Origin: Hyphomicrobiaceae bacterium
GTDB lineage: Bacteria; Pseudomonadota; Alphaproteobacteria; Rhizobiales; Hyphomicrobiaceae
DNA length: 44,031 nucleotides
Assembly (NCBI GenBank): GCA_043718785.1
Contig: JAYSVA010000426.1
Coordinates: 1-44,031 of the forward strand
Direction: 5' to 3'
In this document: one piece after another, positions 16,799 to 25,999 of the stretch
Layout of the letters: every line of letters starts with the position of its first letter
Position numbering within the stretch: the stretch's first letter is position 1
Translations under genes and position numbers: made by a program
Notes under the pieces: generated by a model
Told to the model about the DNA's origin: nothing
The model's database searches: none
What the model saw: the letters and a program-made list of their open reading frames with translations, nothing else

Positions 16799-19683
16799 GT
16801 GGATTTCGGCTGCCGAACGGCGGCACAAACATCAACCGCGACCAGTCGATGCGGTTCCAGTTCGACGGTAAGTCATATGCAGGATATCAGGGCGACACGC
16901 TGGCGTCGGCACTGCTAGCGAACGGCGTGCGGCTGACGGGACGAAGCTTCAAATATCACCGTCCGCGCGGCATCGTCACAGCCGGGTTAGAAGAGCCGTG
17001 CGCACTGGTCGAGATGGCAGCCGGGGCATGGCGCACGCCTAATCTGCCCGCAACCGCTGTCGAGCTGTTCGATACGCTGACGGTCACGAGCCAGAACCGG
17101 TTTCCATCGCTGCGTTACGATCTGATGGCGGTGAACGGGTTGATGGCTCCAGCGCTATCGGCGGGCTTCTACTACAAGTCGTTTATGTGGCCAGCGAAGT
17201 TCTGGGAGCGGATTTACGAGCCTGTCATCCGTCGCGCTGCCGGGCTTGGACGGCTGGCGAAGGGGGCGGTCGATGACCGCTATGACCATCAGCACCACCA
17301 TTGCGATGTGCTGGTGGTCGGCGCTGGCCCGGCTGGATGGGCTGCGGCGGCTATCGCTTTGGCCGGCGGACAACGCGTGATGGTGGTCGAGCAGGACAAC
17401 ATGCCCGGTGGCGGCTATCTGACAGCGCCAGCCATCGGCTTTGACAGCACCAAAGCGGCTGCGGGTTTTATCAGCTTTCCGAACGCTCAACTGCTCACGC
17501 GTACGGCGGTAATCGGCGCATACGATGGCGTGTTTGCAGCCGTTGAGCGGCACAGGCCCGGATTACCTGCCCGCGAAACCCTGCACATCATCCGTGCCCG
17601 CCAGACGATCTTGGCAACCGGGGCGGTGGAGCGGCTGATCGCGTTTCCGGATAACGACCGGCCCGGGGTGATGCTGGCGTCGGCAGCGCGGGCGTACCTG
17701 AACCGCTGGGGCGTGGCGGTCGGGCGGCGCGTGGCGCTGTTCGCCAACAACGATGAGGCCTATCAGACGGCGCACGAGCTGCGGGCGGCTGGCGTTGAGA
17801 TTGCGGCGATCATCGATCCGCGACCGGAGTCGTGGGTGGCAGCAGCAGCGATCAAGGCGGGCATCCGCGTGCTGCTGGATGAGGAGGTTTATAGTGTCGG
17901 CTACAGCCGGTCGCGCGGCCTGTACGAGGTCCACACCCGCCGTCGCGGCGACCAGGGTGGCGTGCCCGTCGCCTGCGATACGCTGCTGGTCTCCGGCGGC
18001 TATTCTCCGCAAGTGCAGCTGGCAACGCAGGCCGGTGCCAAGCTGGCCTGGGATGACCGCATTGCCGGGTTCGTGGCGGGTGCAACGGCAACCGTCCGAA
18101 CGGCAGGGGCCGCGCGCGGCGTGTATGGTCTGGCTGAAGCTATGGCAGATGGTGAGGCCGCAGGGCGGGGGGAGGCGACGGAACCGGTGCCACAGCACAC
18201 CCCCATGCTGCCATTCTGGGAGGTCCGGGTTGGCAGCGGGGCGAAGTCGTTTGTCGATCTGCAGCATGATGTGACGGCTGCCGACATGCGGCTGGCGCAT
18301 CAAGAGGGCTATTCGCATGTTGAGCATGCGAAGCGGTACACCACGCATGGCATGGGCACCGATCAGGGCAAGATCGGTGGGCTCGTTGGCTCGGCGGTGT
18401 TGGCGGCGGCGCGTGGCGCGGCGCTGGCGGAGGTGGGTCTGTCAAAGCCACGACCGTTCACCCAACCAGTGTCGTGGGGGGCGCTGGCCGGGCCGGACGT
18501 GGGCCATCATTTCAAGCCGCAACGGCTGCTGCCGCTACACGACTGGCACACGCGGAACCACGCCGTGTTCGTCAAAATTGGCCTGTGGATGCGGCCGCTG
18601 GTGTATTCGGCGACGGGTGATACCAGCTGGGGGCCGGTGCTGGCGGAGGCGCGCGCCGTGCGCCGCTCGGTTGGCGTCACCGATATGTCGTCGCTCGGCA
18701 AGATCGACGTGCAGGGGCCTGATGCGGGCCAATTCCTCGACCGCATTTATGCGAACACGTTCTCAAGCCTGCCAGTAGGCCGTGCCCGCTACGGCATCAT
18801 GCTGCGCGAGGACGGCATGATGCTGGATGACGGCACCACGGCGCGGCTCGGTGAGCAGCACTTTCTGGTGACCGCTACAACCCAGAAGGCCGCTGATGTG
18901 CTGGAGCATATGGAGTGGCATCTGGCGACCGTCTGGCCCGAGCTTGACGTGACTTTGACCAACGTCGCCGATCAGTGGGCGCAGTTTGCCATCGCCGGGC
19001 CGCAGGCGCGGAAGGTGGTGGAGAAACTGGTCACGGGGCGTGCGGTGACGAACGAAGCGTTCCCTTTCATGGCGGCGGGCGAGGCGACCATCGCCGGTGT
19101 CGCTGGTCGGTTGTTCCGCATCTCGTTCTCAGGTGAGGCGGCATACGAGGTGGCCGTGCCCGCGCAGCACGCTGAGGCGGTATGGGTTGCCATTCTGGCC
19201 GCAGGCAACGCGTTCGATATCGTGCCGTATGCGCTGGATGCGCTTAACTTGATGCGGATCGAGAAAGGCCATGTCACCGGTGGCGAAATCAACGGCCAGA
19301 CCACGGCGGCCGACCTCGGCTTTGGTAAGATGCTGAAGAAAAAGGGCGATTTCGTTGGCAAAGCGCTGAGCCAGCGTGATGGTCTGCTCGATCCCAAACG
19401 GCTACAACTGGTCGGCATCACGCCGGTCGATACGGCGAAGCGGCTGCGTGGCGGCGGGCATCTGGTGGGGCTTAGCGGGGCTGGGCCAAGCCAGGGTTAC
19501 GTGACCGCCGCCTGCATGACATCGGAAGGCGAGGGCTGGATCGGCTTAGCGCTACTGAACGGTGGCCATAGCCGCTACGGCGAGCGACTGATTGCCGCCT
19601 CGCCCGTATTCGATGAAGTCGTCGAAGTTGTGATCAGCAGCCCCCATCGCCTCGACCCGGAGAATGCCCGTGTCAAAGCCTAA
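16795..19683 (+). CDS. soxA: Sarcosine oxidase, alpha subunit
   Basis: The ORF-track frame starts at 16663 and overlaps all of soxD. The ATG at 16795 forms an ATGA overlap with the soxD stop and gives MSGFRLPNGG...FQFDGKSYAGYQGDTLASALLANGV, a typical SoxA N-terminus. The C-terminal half resembles the GcvT folate-binding domain. Confidence 0.9.
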   Translation: MSGFRLPNGGTNINRDQSMRFQFDGKSYAGYQGDTLASALLANGVRLTGRSFKYHRPRGIVTAGLEEPCALVEMAAGAWRTPNLPATAVELFDTLTVTSQNRFPSLRYDLMAVNGLMAPALSAGFYYKSFMWPAKFWERIYEPVIRRAAGLGRLAKGAVDDRYDHQHHHCDVLVVGAGPAGWAAAAIALAGGQRVMVVEQDNMPGGGYLTAPAIGFDSTKAAAGFISFPNAQLLTRTAVIGAYDGVFAAVERHRPGLPARETLHIIRARQTILATGAVERLIAFPDNDRPGVMLASAARAYLNRWGVAVGRRVALFANNDEAYQTAHELRAAGVEIAAIIDPRPESWVAAAAIKAGIRVLLDEEVYSVGYSRSRGLYEVHTRRRGDQGGVPVACDTLLVSGGYSPQVQLATQAGAKLAWDDRIAGFVAGATATVRTAGAARGVYGLAEAMADGEAAGRGEATEPVPQHTPMLPFWEVRVGSGAKSFVDLQHDVTAADMRLAHQEGYSHVEHAKRYTTHGMGTDQGKIGGLVGSAVLAAARGAALAEVGLSKPRPFTQPVSWGALAGPDVGHHFKPQRLLPLHDWHTRNHAVFVKIGLWMRPLVYSATGDTSWGPVLAEARAVRRSVGVTDMSSLGKIDVQGPDAGQFLDRIYANTFSSLPVGRARYGIMLREDGMMLDDGTTARLGEQHFLVTATTQKAADVLEHMEWHLATVWPELDVTLTNVADQWAQFAIAGPQARKVVEKLVTGRAVTNEAFPFMAAGEATIAGVAGRLFRISFSGEAAYEVAVPAQHAEAVWVAILAAGNAFDIVPYALDALNLMRIEKGHVTGGEINGQTTAADLGFGKMLKKKGDFVGKALSQRDGLLDPKRLQLVGITPVDTAKRLRGGGHLVGLSGAGPSQGYVTAACMTSEGEGWIGLALLNGGHSRYGERLIAASPVFDEVVEVVISSPHRLDPENARVKA

Positions 19684-20290
19684 CACCCTTCACGTTGAAC
19701 CATCGGGGCTGCTCGAAATCGCGGCCCGGCGCGGGCAGCTGGCGGTGCTGTCGGCGTTGCTTGAAAGCAAAATCGGTATCGGATTTCCTGGGCCTGGGCG
19801 TGCCACAGCCGTAGGTTGGGTCAAGCCCTCTCGCGCGATCCAACATTCCACGGGTGGTCGTGAAGTTGTTGGGTCGCGCCAAAGCTTGACCCAACCTACA
19901 GGCACTGGGCTCTGGATCGGGCCGGAGCGGGCGCTGCTGCTGGCCGACGCGTTGACGATTGCGGCCGTTCGGGAGGCAGTGACACCCGCCCGTGCAGCAT
20001 TGATCGACCAGACGAGCGGTTACGTTGTCTGGCAGCTGGCTGGCCCTGACGCCCGCCGCGTGCTGGCCCGACTTTGCCGCATCGATCTTGATGAGAGCGT
20101 ATTTGGCATTGCTCACGTCGCCCGCACGATCATGGCGCAGATCCCAACGATTCTACAGATGATTGACGACCGCCCGACTTTCCGGCTGATTGTTCCCAGC
20201 ACCCTCGCCCGCGCCTTCGGCGAAAGCATTGAACTTGCCGCTGGTGCTAGCGGCATCGACCTTCACACCAAGTCCGAGCTAGCCCCATGA
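19664..20290 (+). CDS. soxG: Sarcosine oxidase, gamma subunit, carrying an in-frame repeat-element insertion
   Basis: 208-aa ORF in the canonical position after soxA. A SoxG-like segment is present (...GLWIGPERALLLAD...). Codons for roughly AVGWVKPSRAIQHSTGGREVVGSRQSLTQPTGT are supplied by the repeat at 19811..19899. The stop overlaps the next gene's start as ATGA. Confidence 0.75.
   Translation: MPVSKPNTLHVEPSGLLEIAARRGQLAVLSALLESKIGIGFPGPGRATAVGWVKPSRAIQHSTGGREVVGSRQSLTQPTGTGLWIGPERALLLADALTIAAVREAVTPARAALIDQTSGYVVWQLAGPDARRVLARLCRIDLDESVFGIAHVARTIMAQIPTILQMIDDRPTFRLIVPSTLARAFGESIELAAGASGIDLHTKSELAP
19811..19899. repeat. Nested-palindrome REP-like element, copy 2 (inside the soxG reading frame)
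   Basis: It has the same perfect 16-bp outer inverted repeat (gtaggttgggtcaagc / gcttgacccaacctac), a similar inner inverted repeat (cgcgatccaac / gttgggtcgcg) and the same orientation as copy 1. It lacks the ~25-bp extra hairpin segment of copy 1. Confidence 0.85.
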
Positions 20291-22704
20291 AAACCCAAGC
20301 GCGTGTTGTCATTATCGGTGGTGGCGTGGTCGGCTGCTCGGTGCTGTATCACCTGGCGAAAGCCGGGTGGAAGGATCTGGTGCTGCTCGACAAGAACGAG
20401 CTGACGTCGGGGTCAACGTGGCATGCGGCGGGCGGGGTCACGACGCTGAATTCCGACGCGAACGTGTCGAAGCTGCAGAAGTACACGTTCGACCTGTACC
20501 GCGAACTGGAGACGGTGACCGGCCAGTCGTGCGGCATCCACCACAACGGCGGCATTTATCTGGCGGCGACTGATGGCCAGATGGACTTTCTCAAGCTGAT
20601 TCACAGCCGCGCCCGCTATCTCAGAATGGAAACCGAGCTGATCTCGGCGGCGGATGCGAAAAAGCGCAACGTGCTGATTGCCGACAAGTACTTCAAGGGG
20701 GCGCTGTGGCGTGAGGACGGCGGCTATGTCGATCCGTGGTTGGTGACGCAGGCCTATGTGACGGCGGCTAAGGCACTGGGAGCCGAGGTTGAGCGCTTCA
20801 CCAAGGTAACGGCACTCGATCAGAAGCCAACCGGCGATGGTTGGACCGTGACGACCGACAAAGGCACCATCCAGGCCGAGCACGTGGTCAACGCGGGCGG
20901 CCTGTGGGCGCGGGAAGTTGGCCGCCTGGTTGGCTTAAATCTGCCGGTGCTGGCGATGGAGCACCACTACATCGTCACCAACCCCGTGCCGGAGCTGAAG
21001 GGGCTATCGAAGGAAATCATCAACACCTCGGATTTTGAGGGCGAGATCTACCTGCGCCAGGAGGGCCAGGGCGTATTGCTTGGCACCTACGAGCAGGCCT
21101 CGCGACCGTGGGCCGAGCGCGTCACGCCAGATGACTTCCACAGCCAGCTGCTGCCGAACGATTTGGACCGGATTACGCCGGAGCTGGAGCGCGGGTTCAA
21201 GCATTTCCCGGCGCTGTCGAAGGTTGGCATCAAGAAGGTGGTCAACGGCCCGTTCACGTTCGCGCCGGACGGCAATCCGCTGGTCGGTCCGGTGAAGGGG
21301 TTGCCAAACTACTGGCTGGCCTGCGCTGTGATGGCAGGCTTCAGCCAGGGCGGTGGCATCGGTCTGGTGCTGTCGCGCTGGATGACTGAGAGCGATCCAG
21401 GCCAAGACGTGCTGGCGATGGACGCCGCCCGGTTCGGTAGCTTTGCAACGCCGAAATACACGCGCATCAAAGTGGAGGAGAACTATCGTCGCCGGTTCCG
21501 TCTTGCCTACCCGAACGAAGAAATGCCCGCCGCACGCCCGTTTCGCCAGTCGCCGGTGTATGGGCGGCTGAAAGCCAAGGGCGCGGTGTTTGGGGCCAAT
21601 TTCGGGCTGGAGAACGCGCTCTGGTTTGCGCCGCCCGGCATTGCCCCGGAAGAGACGCCGACCTATCGCCGCTCGAACGCGTTCCCCTACGTGAAAGCCG
21701 AGTGCCAAGCGGTGCGCAAAAGCGTCGGGCTGTATGAAACCACGAACTACGGCAAGTACGAAATCGTTGGGCGTGGCGCGCGGAAATGGCTGGACCGGGT
21801 GTTCGCGTGCCGCATCCCGAAACCCGGTCGCATGGGCATTGCGCCGATGTTGAACGCGCGCGGCCGGATTATGGGCGATCTGTCGATCGCCTGCCTCGCC
21901 GAGGACCGGTATCTGATTGTTGGTTCTGGCTTTGCCGAGGCGTTCCATATGCGCTGGTTTGCCGGTTCGAAACCGCCCGATGATGTGTTTATTCGCAGCG
22001 CTTGCTCAACGTTGGCAGGCTTTGCGCTGTCCGGCCCGAACGCCCGGAACTTGCTGCAGAAACTGGTCGAGGTCGATATCAGCAACGATCAATTCAAGTT
22101 TTTCGGCGTGACGGAGACCGCGGTCGGCATGTCGCCGGCGGTCATTCAGCGTTGCGGCTTTACGGGTGAACTGGGCTATGAAATCTGGGTGACGCCGGAC
22201 TACCAAGTGCAGCTGTACGAGGAGCTGTTGGACGCGGGCGCGGAATTCAATCTCGCGCACTATGGCGGGCGGGCGATTTCGTCGCTGCGGCTGGAGAAAA
22301 ACTACGGCTCGTTCAACAAGGATTTCCGGCCGGATTACACTCCCGGCGAAACCGGGCTGGATGCGTTTATCGACTTCACCAAGGGCGATTTCGTCGGCAA
22401 AGCGGCGGCGGTAAAAGAGAAGGAAAACGGCGCCGCAAAGAAGTTCGTGATGATGGTGGTTGACGCCCCGCATGCCGATGTGGTCGGCTATGAAGTGGTG
22501 CTAAAGGACAACGTTCCGGTTGGCCACGTGACGTCAGGCGGGTACGGCCATTGCGTCGGCAAGAGCTTAGCGGCGTGCTACGTGCCGACCGCGCTGGCGA
22601 ACGACGGCGAAACCTTCATTATCGATATCCTCGGCGAGCATTGTACGGCAACGATCACAGGTTCCGCCCTGCATGACCCCAAAGGTGCTAGGTTGCGCGC
22701 ATGA
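20287..22704 (+). CDS. Dimethylglycine/sarcosine-dehydrogenase-family flavoenzyme with a C-terminal GcvT-type folate-binding domain
   Basis: 805-aa ORF. It has an FAD fold (VVIIGGGVVGCSVLYHLAKAG), the covalent-FAD histidine context SGSTWHAAGG, and an aminomethyltransferase-like C-terminus (GFTGELGYEIWV). ATGA overlaps are present at both ends. Confidence 0.85.
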   Translation: MKTQARVVIIGGGVVGCSVLYHLAKAGWKDLVLLDKNELTSGSTWHAAGGVTTLNSDANVSKLQKYTFDLYRELETVTGQSCGIHHNGGIYLAATDGQMDFLKLIHSRARYLRMETELISAADAKKRNVLIADKYFKGALWREDGGYVDPWLVTQAYVTAAKALGAEVERFTKVTALDQKPTGDGWTVTTDKGTIQAEHVVNAGGLWAREVGRLVGLNLPVLAMEHHYIVTNPVPELKGLSKEIINTSDFEGEIYLRQEGQGVLLGTYEQASRPWAERVTPDDFHSQLLPNDLDRITPELERGFKHFPALSKVGIKKVVNGPFTFAPDGNPLVGPVKGLPNYWLACAVMAGFSQGGGIGLVLSRWMTESDPGQDVLAMDAARFGSFATPKYTRIKVEENYRRRFRLAYPNEEMPAARPFRQSPVYGRLKAKGAVFGANFGLENALWFAPPGIAPEETPTYRRSNAFPYVKAECQAVRKSVGLYETTNYGKYEIVGRGARKWLDRVFACRIPKPGRMGIAPMLNARGRIMGDLSIACLAEDRYLIVGSGFAEAFHMRWFAGSKPPDDVFIRSACSTLAGFALSGPNARNLLQKLVEVDISNDQFKFFGVTETAVGMSPAVIQRCGFTGELGYEIWVTPDYQVQLYEELLDAGAEFNLAHYGGRAISSLRLEKNYGSFNKDFRPDYTPGETGLDAFIDFTKGDFVGKAAAVKEKENGAAKKFVMMVVDAPHADVVGYEVVLKDNVPVGHVTSGGYGHCVGKSLAACYVPTALANDGETFIIDILGEHCTATITGSALHDPKGARLRA

Positions 22705-24269
22705 CCGAAACCTCCTCCCCTGAGATACCACCGATTCCGGCTGCCCCGAAACGCCGCGACCGTACCAAGCCGGTGCGCTCGGTCGGGCCGAGCCTCGCGC
22801 CGATCCAGCGGCTGACCAACCGCTGGGCGCCCATTGAGATCCTCACGTCCGAGCAGGTCGAGCGCATCCTCAACGCCGCGTTCCGGATTCTGGCGGAGGA
22901 TGGCCTCGAGATCCGCAACGAGGTGGCGCTGGAGATTTATCGCAAGGCCGGCTGCTTGGTGGATGATGTCACCCAGGTGGTGCGTATTGGCCGCGATATC
23001 GTCGAGGCGATGCTGGCGCATGTACCTGCCAGCTTCGTGCTGCACGCCCGTAACAGCACGCGCGATCTGCATGTCGGCGGTTCCGTCGTCAATTTCGGGC
23101 CGGTCAACGGCGCGCCGCACATCACGGATATGGATGGGGGGAGGCGGTATGGCGATCACGCTGCGTTCCGCGATATCCTCAAGATCACGCATACACTGGG
23201 CATTCTGCATTGGCAGGGTGGCGTGGTGGTGGAGCCGGTTGATCTGCCGGTGCCGGTGCGGCATCTGGCAATGTACCGCTCGCATATCGAGCTCTCGGAT
23301 CTCGTGTGGGCCGCGCGCGGCGTCGGTGGTGTGCAGGCGGCGGATGCCATCGCAATGTCGGCGATTGAGCACCAATGCTCCGTTGAGGATTTGGGCCGCC
23401 GCCCGACGCTGATGACGGTCACCAACGTCAACTCGCCGCGCCGCGTCGATGCCGAAATCCTCGACAATATCATGACGATGGCCGGTGCCGGGCAGTGTGT
23501 GGTGATTACACCATTCACGTTGATGGGGGCGATGGCCCCCGTCACGCTGGCGGGGGCGCTGGTGCAGCAGACGGCCGAGGCGCTGGGCATCATTGCGCTG
23601 TGCCAAATGGTGCGCCCCGGTGCGCCATGCGTGATGGGTGGGTTCACCTCCAACGTTGACATGCGCACGGGGTCGCCGGCATTCGGCACGCCGGAGTATG
23701 TCAATGCAACCTTGGCCACAGCACAGCTCGGCCGCCGCCTCAAGATTCCGGTGCGGACGTCGGCCGTGAATGCGTCGCCCGTGGTCGATGCGCAGTCGAC
23801 GTATGAGACGGCGTTCTCGCTATGGGCGGCAATTATGAGCCACAGCCACTTGATCAATCACGCGGCGGGGTGGTTGGAAGGCGGGCTGTCGGCCTCGATG
23901 GAGAAAATTATCGTCGATGCCGAGCTGCTGCGCGGGTGGGCGGAAATCCTCAAGCCGATTGAGTTCACCGATGATGACATCGGCATTGATGCGATCAAGG
24001 GTGTGCCGCCAGGTGGGCATTTCTTCGGCTCACCGCACACGATCGCGCGCTATGAGAATGCGTTTTACCGGCCGCTGCTGTCGGACTGGACCAATTTTGA
24101 AACCTGGACCGAGGCGGGCAGCAAAAACGCTACCGACCGTGCACGCGAGCTGTGGAAGAAGATGCGCGACCAATACGTGCCGCCGCCGCTTGATCCGGCA
24201 ATAGCTGAGGCGCTCGACGCCTACGTGGCCAAACGTCACGAGGAGATCGGACGCGCCCCGGTTGCGTAA
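22701..24269 (+). CDS. MttB-superfamily (trimethylamine methyltransferase-like) protein, non-pyrrolysine type
   Basis: 522-aa uninterrupted ORF with no in-frame TAG. The pattern LTSEQVERILNAAFRILAEDGLEI...EIYRKAGC... continues through to the C-terminal ...AIKGVPPGGHFFGSPHT..., which is characteristic of MttB-family proteins. Confidence 0.8.
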   Translation: MTETSSPEIPPIPAAPKRRDRTKPVRSVGPSLAPIQRLTNRWAPIEILTSEQVERILNAAFRILAEDGLEIRNEVALEIYRKAGCLVDDVTQVVRIGRDIVEAMLAHVPASFVLHARNSTRDLHVGGSVVNFGPVNGAPHITDMDGGRRYGDHAAFRDILKITHTLGILHWQGGVVVEPVDLPVPVRHLAMYRSHIELSDLVWAARGVGGVQAADAIAMSAIEHQCSVEDLGRRPTLMTVTNVNSPRRVDAEILDNIMTMAGAGQCVVITPFTLMGAMAPVTLAGALVQQTAEALGIIALCQMVRPGAPCVMGGFTSNVDMRTGSPAFGTPEYVNATLATAQLGRRLKIPVRTSAVNASPVVDAQSTYETAFSLWAAIMSHSHLINHAAGWLEGGLSASMEKIIVDAELLRGWAEILKPIEFTDDDIGIDAIKGVPPGGHFFGSPHTIARYENAFYRPLLSDWTNFETWTEAGSKNATDRARELWKKMRDQYVPPPLDPAIAEALDAYVAKRHEEIGRAPVA

Positions 24270-24364
24270 AACAGGTTGCGTAAAATATCTTGCCGGGCTG
24301 ATGCCGTTAGTCTTTGATACCGGCAAAACGCAGAACACGTATCCGTTTAGGGGAGACTGCCACG

Positions 24365-25915
24365 ATGACACGCATGAACCGTCGCCAGGTGCTGGCTGGT
24401 ACAACCGTTGCTAGCTTGGCTGCCGTGCTCGATATGCAGGCAGGCCTGTTCGCTCAGGGCGCTGCCAAAACCAGCATCAATGTCCGCGTCGACCGCGACC
24501 TGGATGTGCTCGACCCCGGCTACCGCACCGGCCCGATGGATGGCAATGTCATCCGCGCCGTATTCCAACGTCTCGTCAAGCAGAAGGCGAACGCGGCGGA
24601 ACTGGAAAACGATGCCGCGTCGGAGGTCAAGCAGACCTCACCTACGACCATTGAATTCACGTTGAAGCCGGGCCAGATGTTCACCGACGGTTACGGCGAA
24701 ATGACCGCCGAGGATGTGAAATTCTCGTTTGAGCGCATTGGTTTGGCACCACAAGGTGGCCGCAAAGACTCGCCGTACAAAGGCGACTGGATCCATCTGG
24801 AAAAGGTTGAAGTGACCGGCAAGCTCACGGGTAAAATCACGCTGTCAAAACCCCGTGCCAACCTGTTCAACATTGCGTTGGCCGATGTGTCCGGCTCTAT
24901 CGTCTCAAAGAAAGCGGTTGAGGAGCGCGGACTTGACCATAACACTAAGCCGGTCGGTTCGGGTGCGTATCAGGTGACGGCGCTGGAAAAGCAAAAAGGC
25001 TGCACGCTGAAGCGTCATGCCGCCTATACCGGCCCCAAACCGGCGTTTGAGGAAATAGCGGTCAAGTTCATTTCAGACCCGAAAACGACGGAGTTGGCGC
25101 TGCGCTCGGGCGAGCTAGACTTCGCTGTGTTGCCGCCCGCCATCGCTGAACCGCTGAAATCAGTTGCAGGTTTGACGGTGTCGGAGCAGCCGAGCATCGC
25201 GTACCTCTGGATTGGCATGAACGTCGAAAAGGGGCCGCTTGCTGACTTGAAGGTACGGCAGGCGATCCGTCTCGGCCTCGATGTCGATCAGATGCTGCTG
25301 GCTGGTTACAACGGCAAGGCACCACGCCTCAACACACTGCTGCCGCCGCAAATCCAGGGCCACTGGAAGGACGCGCCGGTCTACAAGCGCAACGTCGCTG
25401 AGGCGAAGAAGCTGCTCACTGAAGCTGGAAAGACGGATGTAAAGCTCAAGATCACAGTGCTCAATCAGCCCGTGTATCAGAACATGGCGCTGGTGGCGCA
25501 GGCGCTACTGAAAGAGATCGGCGTGACGCTCGAAGTCGATGCGCAGGAGGGCGGCACCTACTGGTCGGCGGGTAAGGGCGATGCGGGCAAGAACCTGGAT
25601 CTGTTCATTATGCGCTTCAATGGCAAGCATGATCCGAACTTCATCATGCAGTGGTTTGTTCCTGGCCAAATCGGCACTTGGAACTGGCAGCGCTGGACGT
25701 CGCCGGAATTCGAGAAAGTCTACAACGATGCGGCGACCGAACTTGATCCGGCGAAGCGGGCAGCACTCGCCATCGAAGCCCAAAAGCTGATGGACCAGAG
25801 CGCCGCTTTCATCTGGCTGACCAACGAGGTCAATATGCTCGCCCACCGCAGTTGGTTGAAGCCAGCTGGCGTGCCCGGCTGGCTCGACTGGCAGTATGAG
25901 AACTTCGGGGCATAA
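24365..25915 (+). CDS. ABC transporter substrate-binding protein, family 5 (peptide/opine/nickel type)
   Basis: The ORF-track frame starts at 24314. The ATG at 24365 is preceded by GGGGAG and gives a Tat-like signal (MTRMNRRQVLAGTTVASLAAVL...). The 516-aa size and sequence pattern fit SBP family 5. Confidence 0.85.
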   Translation: MTRMNRRQVLAGTTVASLAAVLDMQAGLFAQGAAKTSINVRVDRDLDVLDPGYRTGPMDGNVIRAVFQRLVKQKANAAELENDAASEVKQTSPTTIEFTLKPGQMFTDGYGEMTAEDVKFSFERIGLAPQGGRKDSPYKGDWIHLEKVEVTGKLTGKITLSKPRANLFNIALADVSGSIVSKKAVEERGLDHNTKPVGSGAYQVTALEKQKGCTLKRHAAYTGPKPAFEEIAVKFISDPKTTELALRSGELDFAVLPPAIAEPLKSVAGLTVSEQPSIAYLWIGMNVEKGPLADLKVRQAIRLGLDVDQMLLAGYNGKAPRLNTLLPPQIQGHWKDAPVYKRNVAEAKKLLTEAGKTDVKLKITVLNQPVYQNMALVAQALLKEIGVTLEVDAQEGGTYWSAGKGDAGKNLDLFIMRFNGKHDPNFIMQWFVPGQIGTWNWQRWTSPEFEKVYNDAATELDPAKRAALAIEAQKLMDQSAAFIWLTNEVNMLAHRSWLKPAGVPGWLDWQYENFGA

Positions 25916-25999
25916 CCGGTCTGATTGCAGCAAGCGATGCCCCCCCTCTTCCCGCGCAAGAGCCGAGCACAGGGAGCGGGAGAAGAACGGAGCGCCTTT

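Noticed and set aside
22578-23606. 342-aa minus-strand ORF inside mttB. Similar long antisense ORFs occur at 21004..21948, 15956..16828, 17563..18348, 20413..20883 and 23156..23857.
   Set aside because: All lie opposite well-supported, motif-bearing genes. They have Arg/His/Pro-rich, unnatural compositions and no recognisable domains. They are high-GC shadow frames.
22701-24269. Possible pyrrolysine (in-frame TAG) in the MttB homologue
   Set aside because: The ORF is uninterrupted for 522 codons with no internal stop. No pyl genes are visible. It is a non-Pyl MttB-superfamily member.
24260-24285. Direct duplication ggttgcgtaaaa at 24260..24271 and 24274..24285 (14-bp period) spanning the mttB stop codon. 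Separately, a 7-bp inverted repeat ttgccgg/ccggcaa lies at 24290..24326.
   Set aside because: These are short and could arise by slippage. No T-run follows the inverted repeat, so a terminator call is not justified. They are noted only as weak candidates for an operator or attenuator ahead of the SBP gene.
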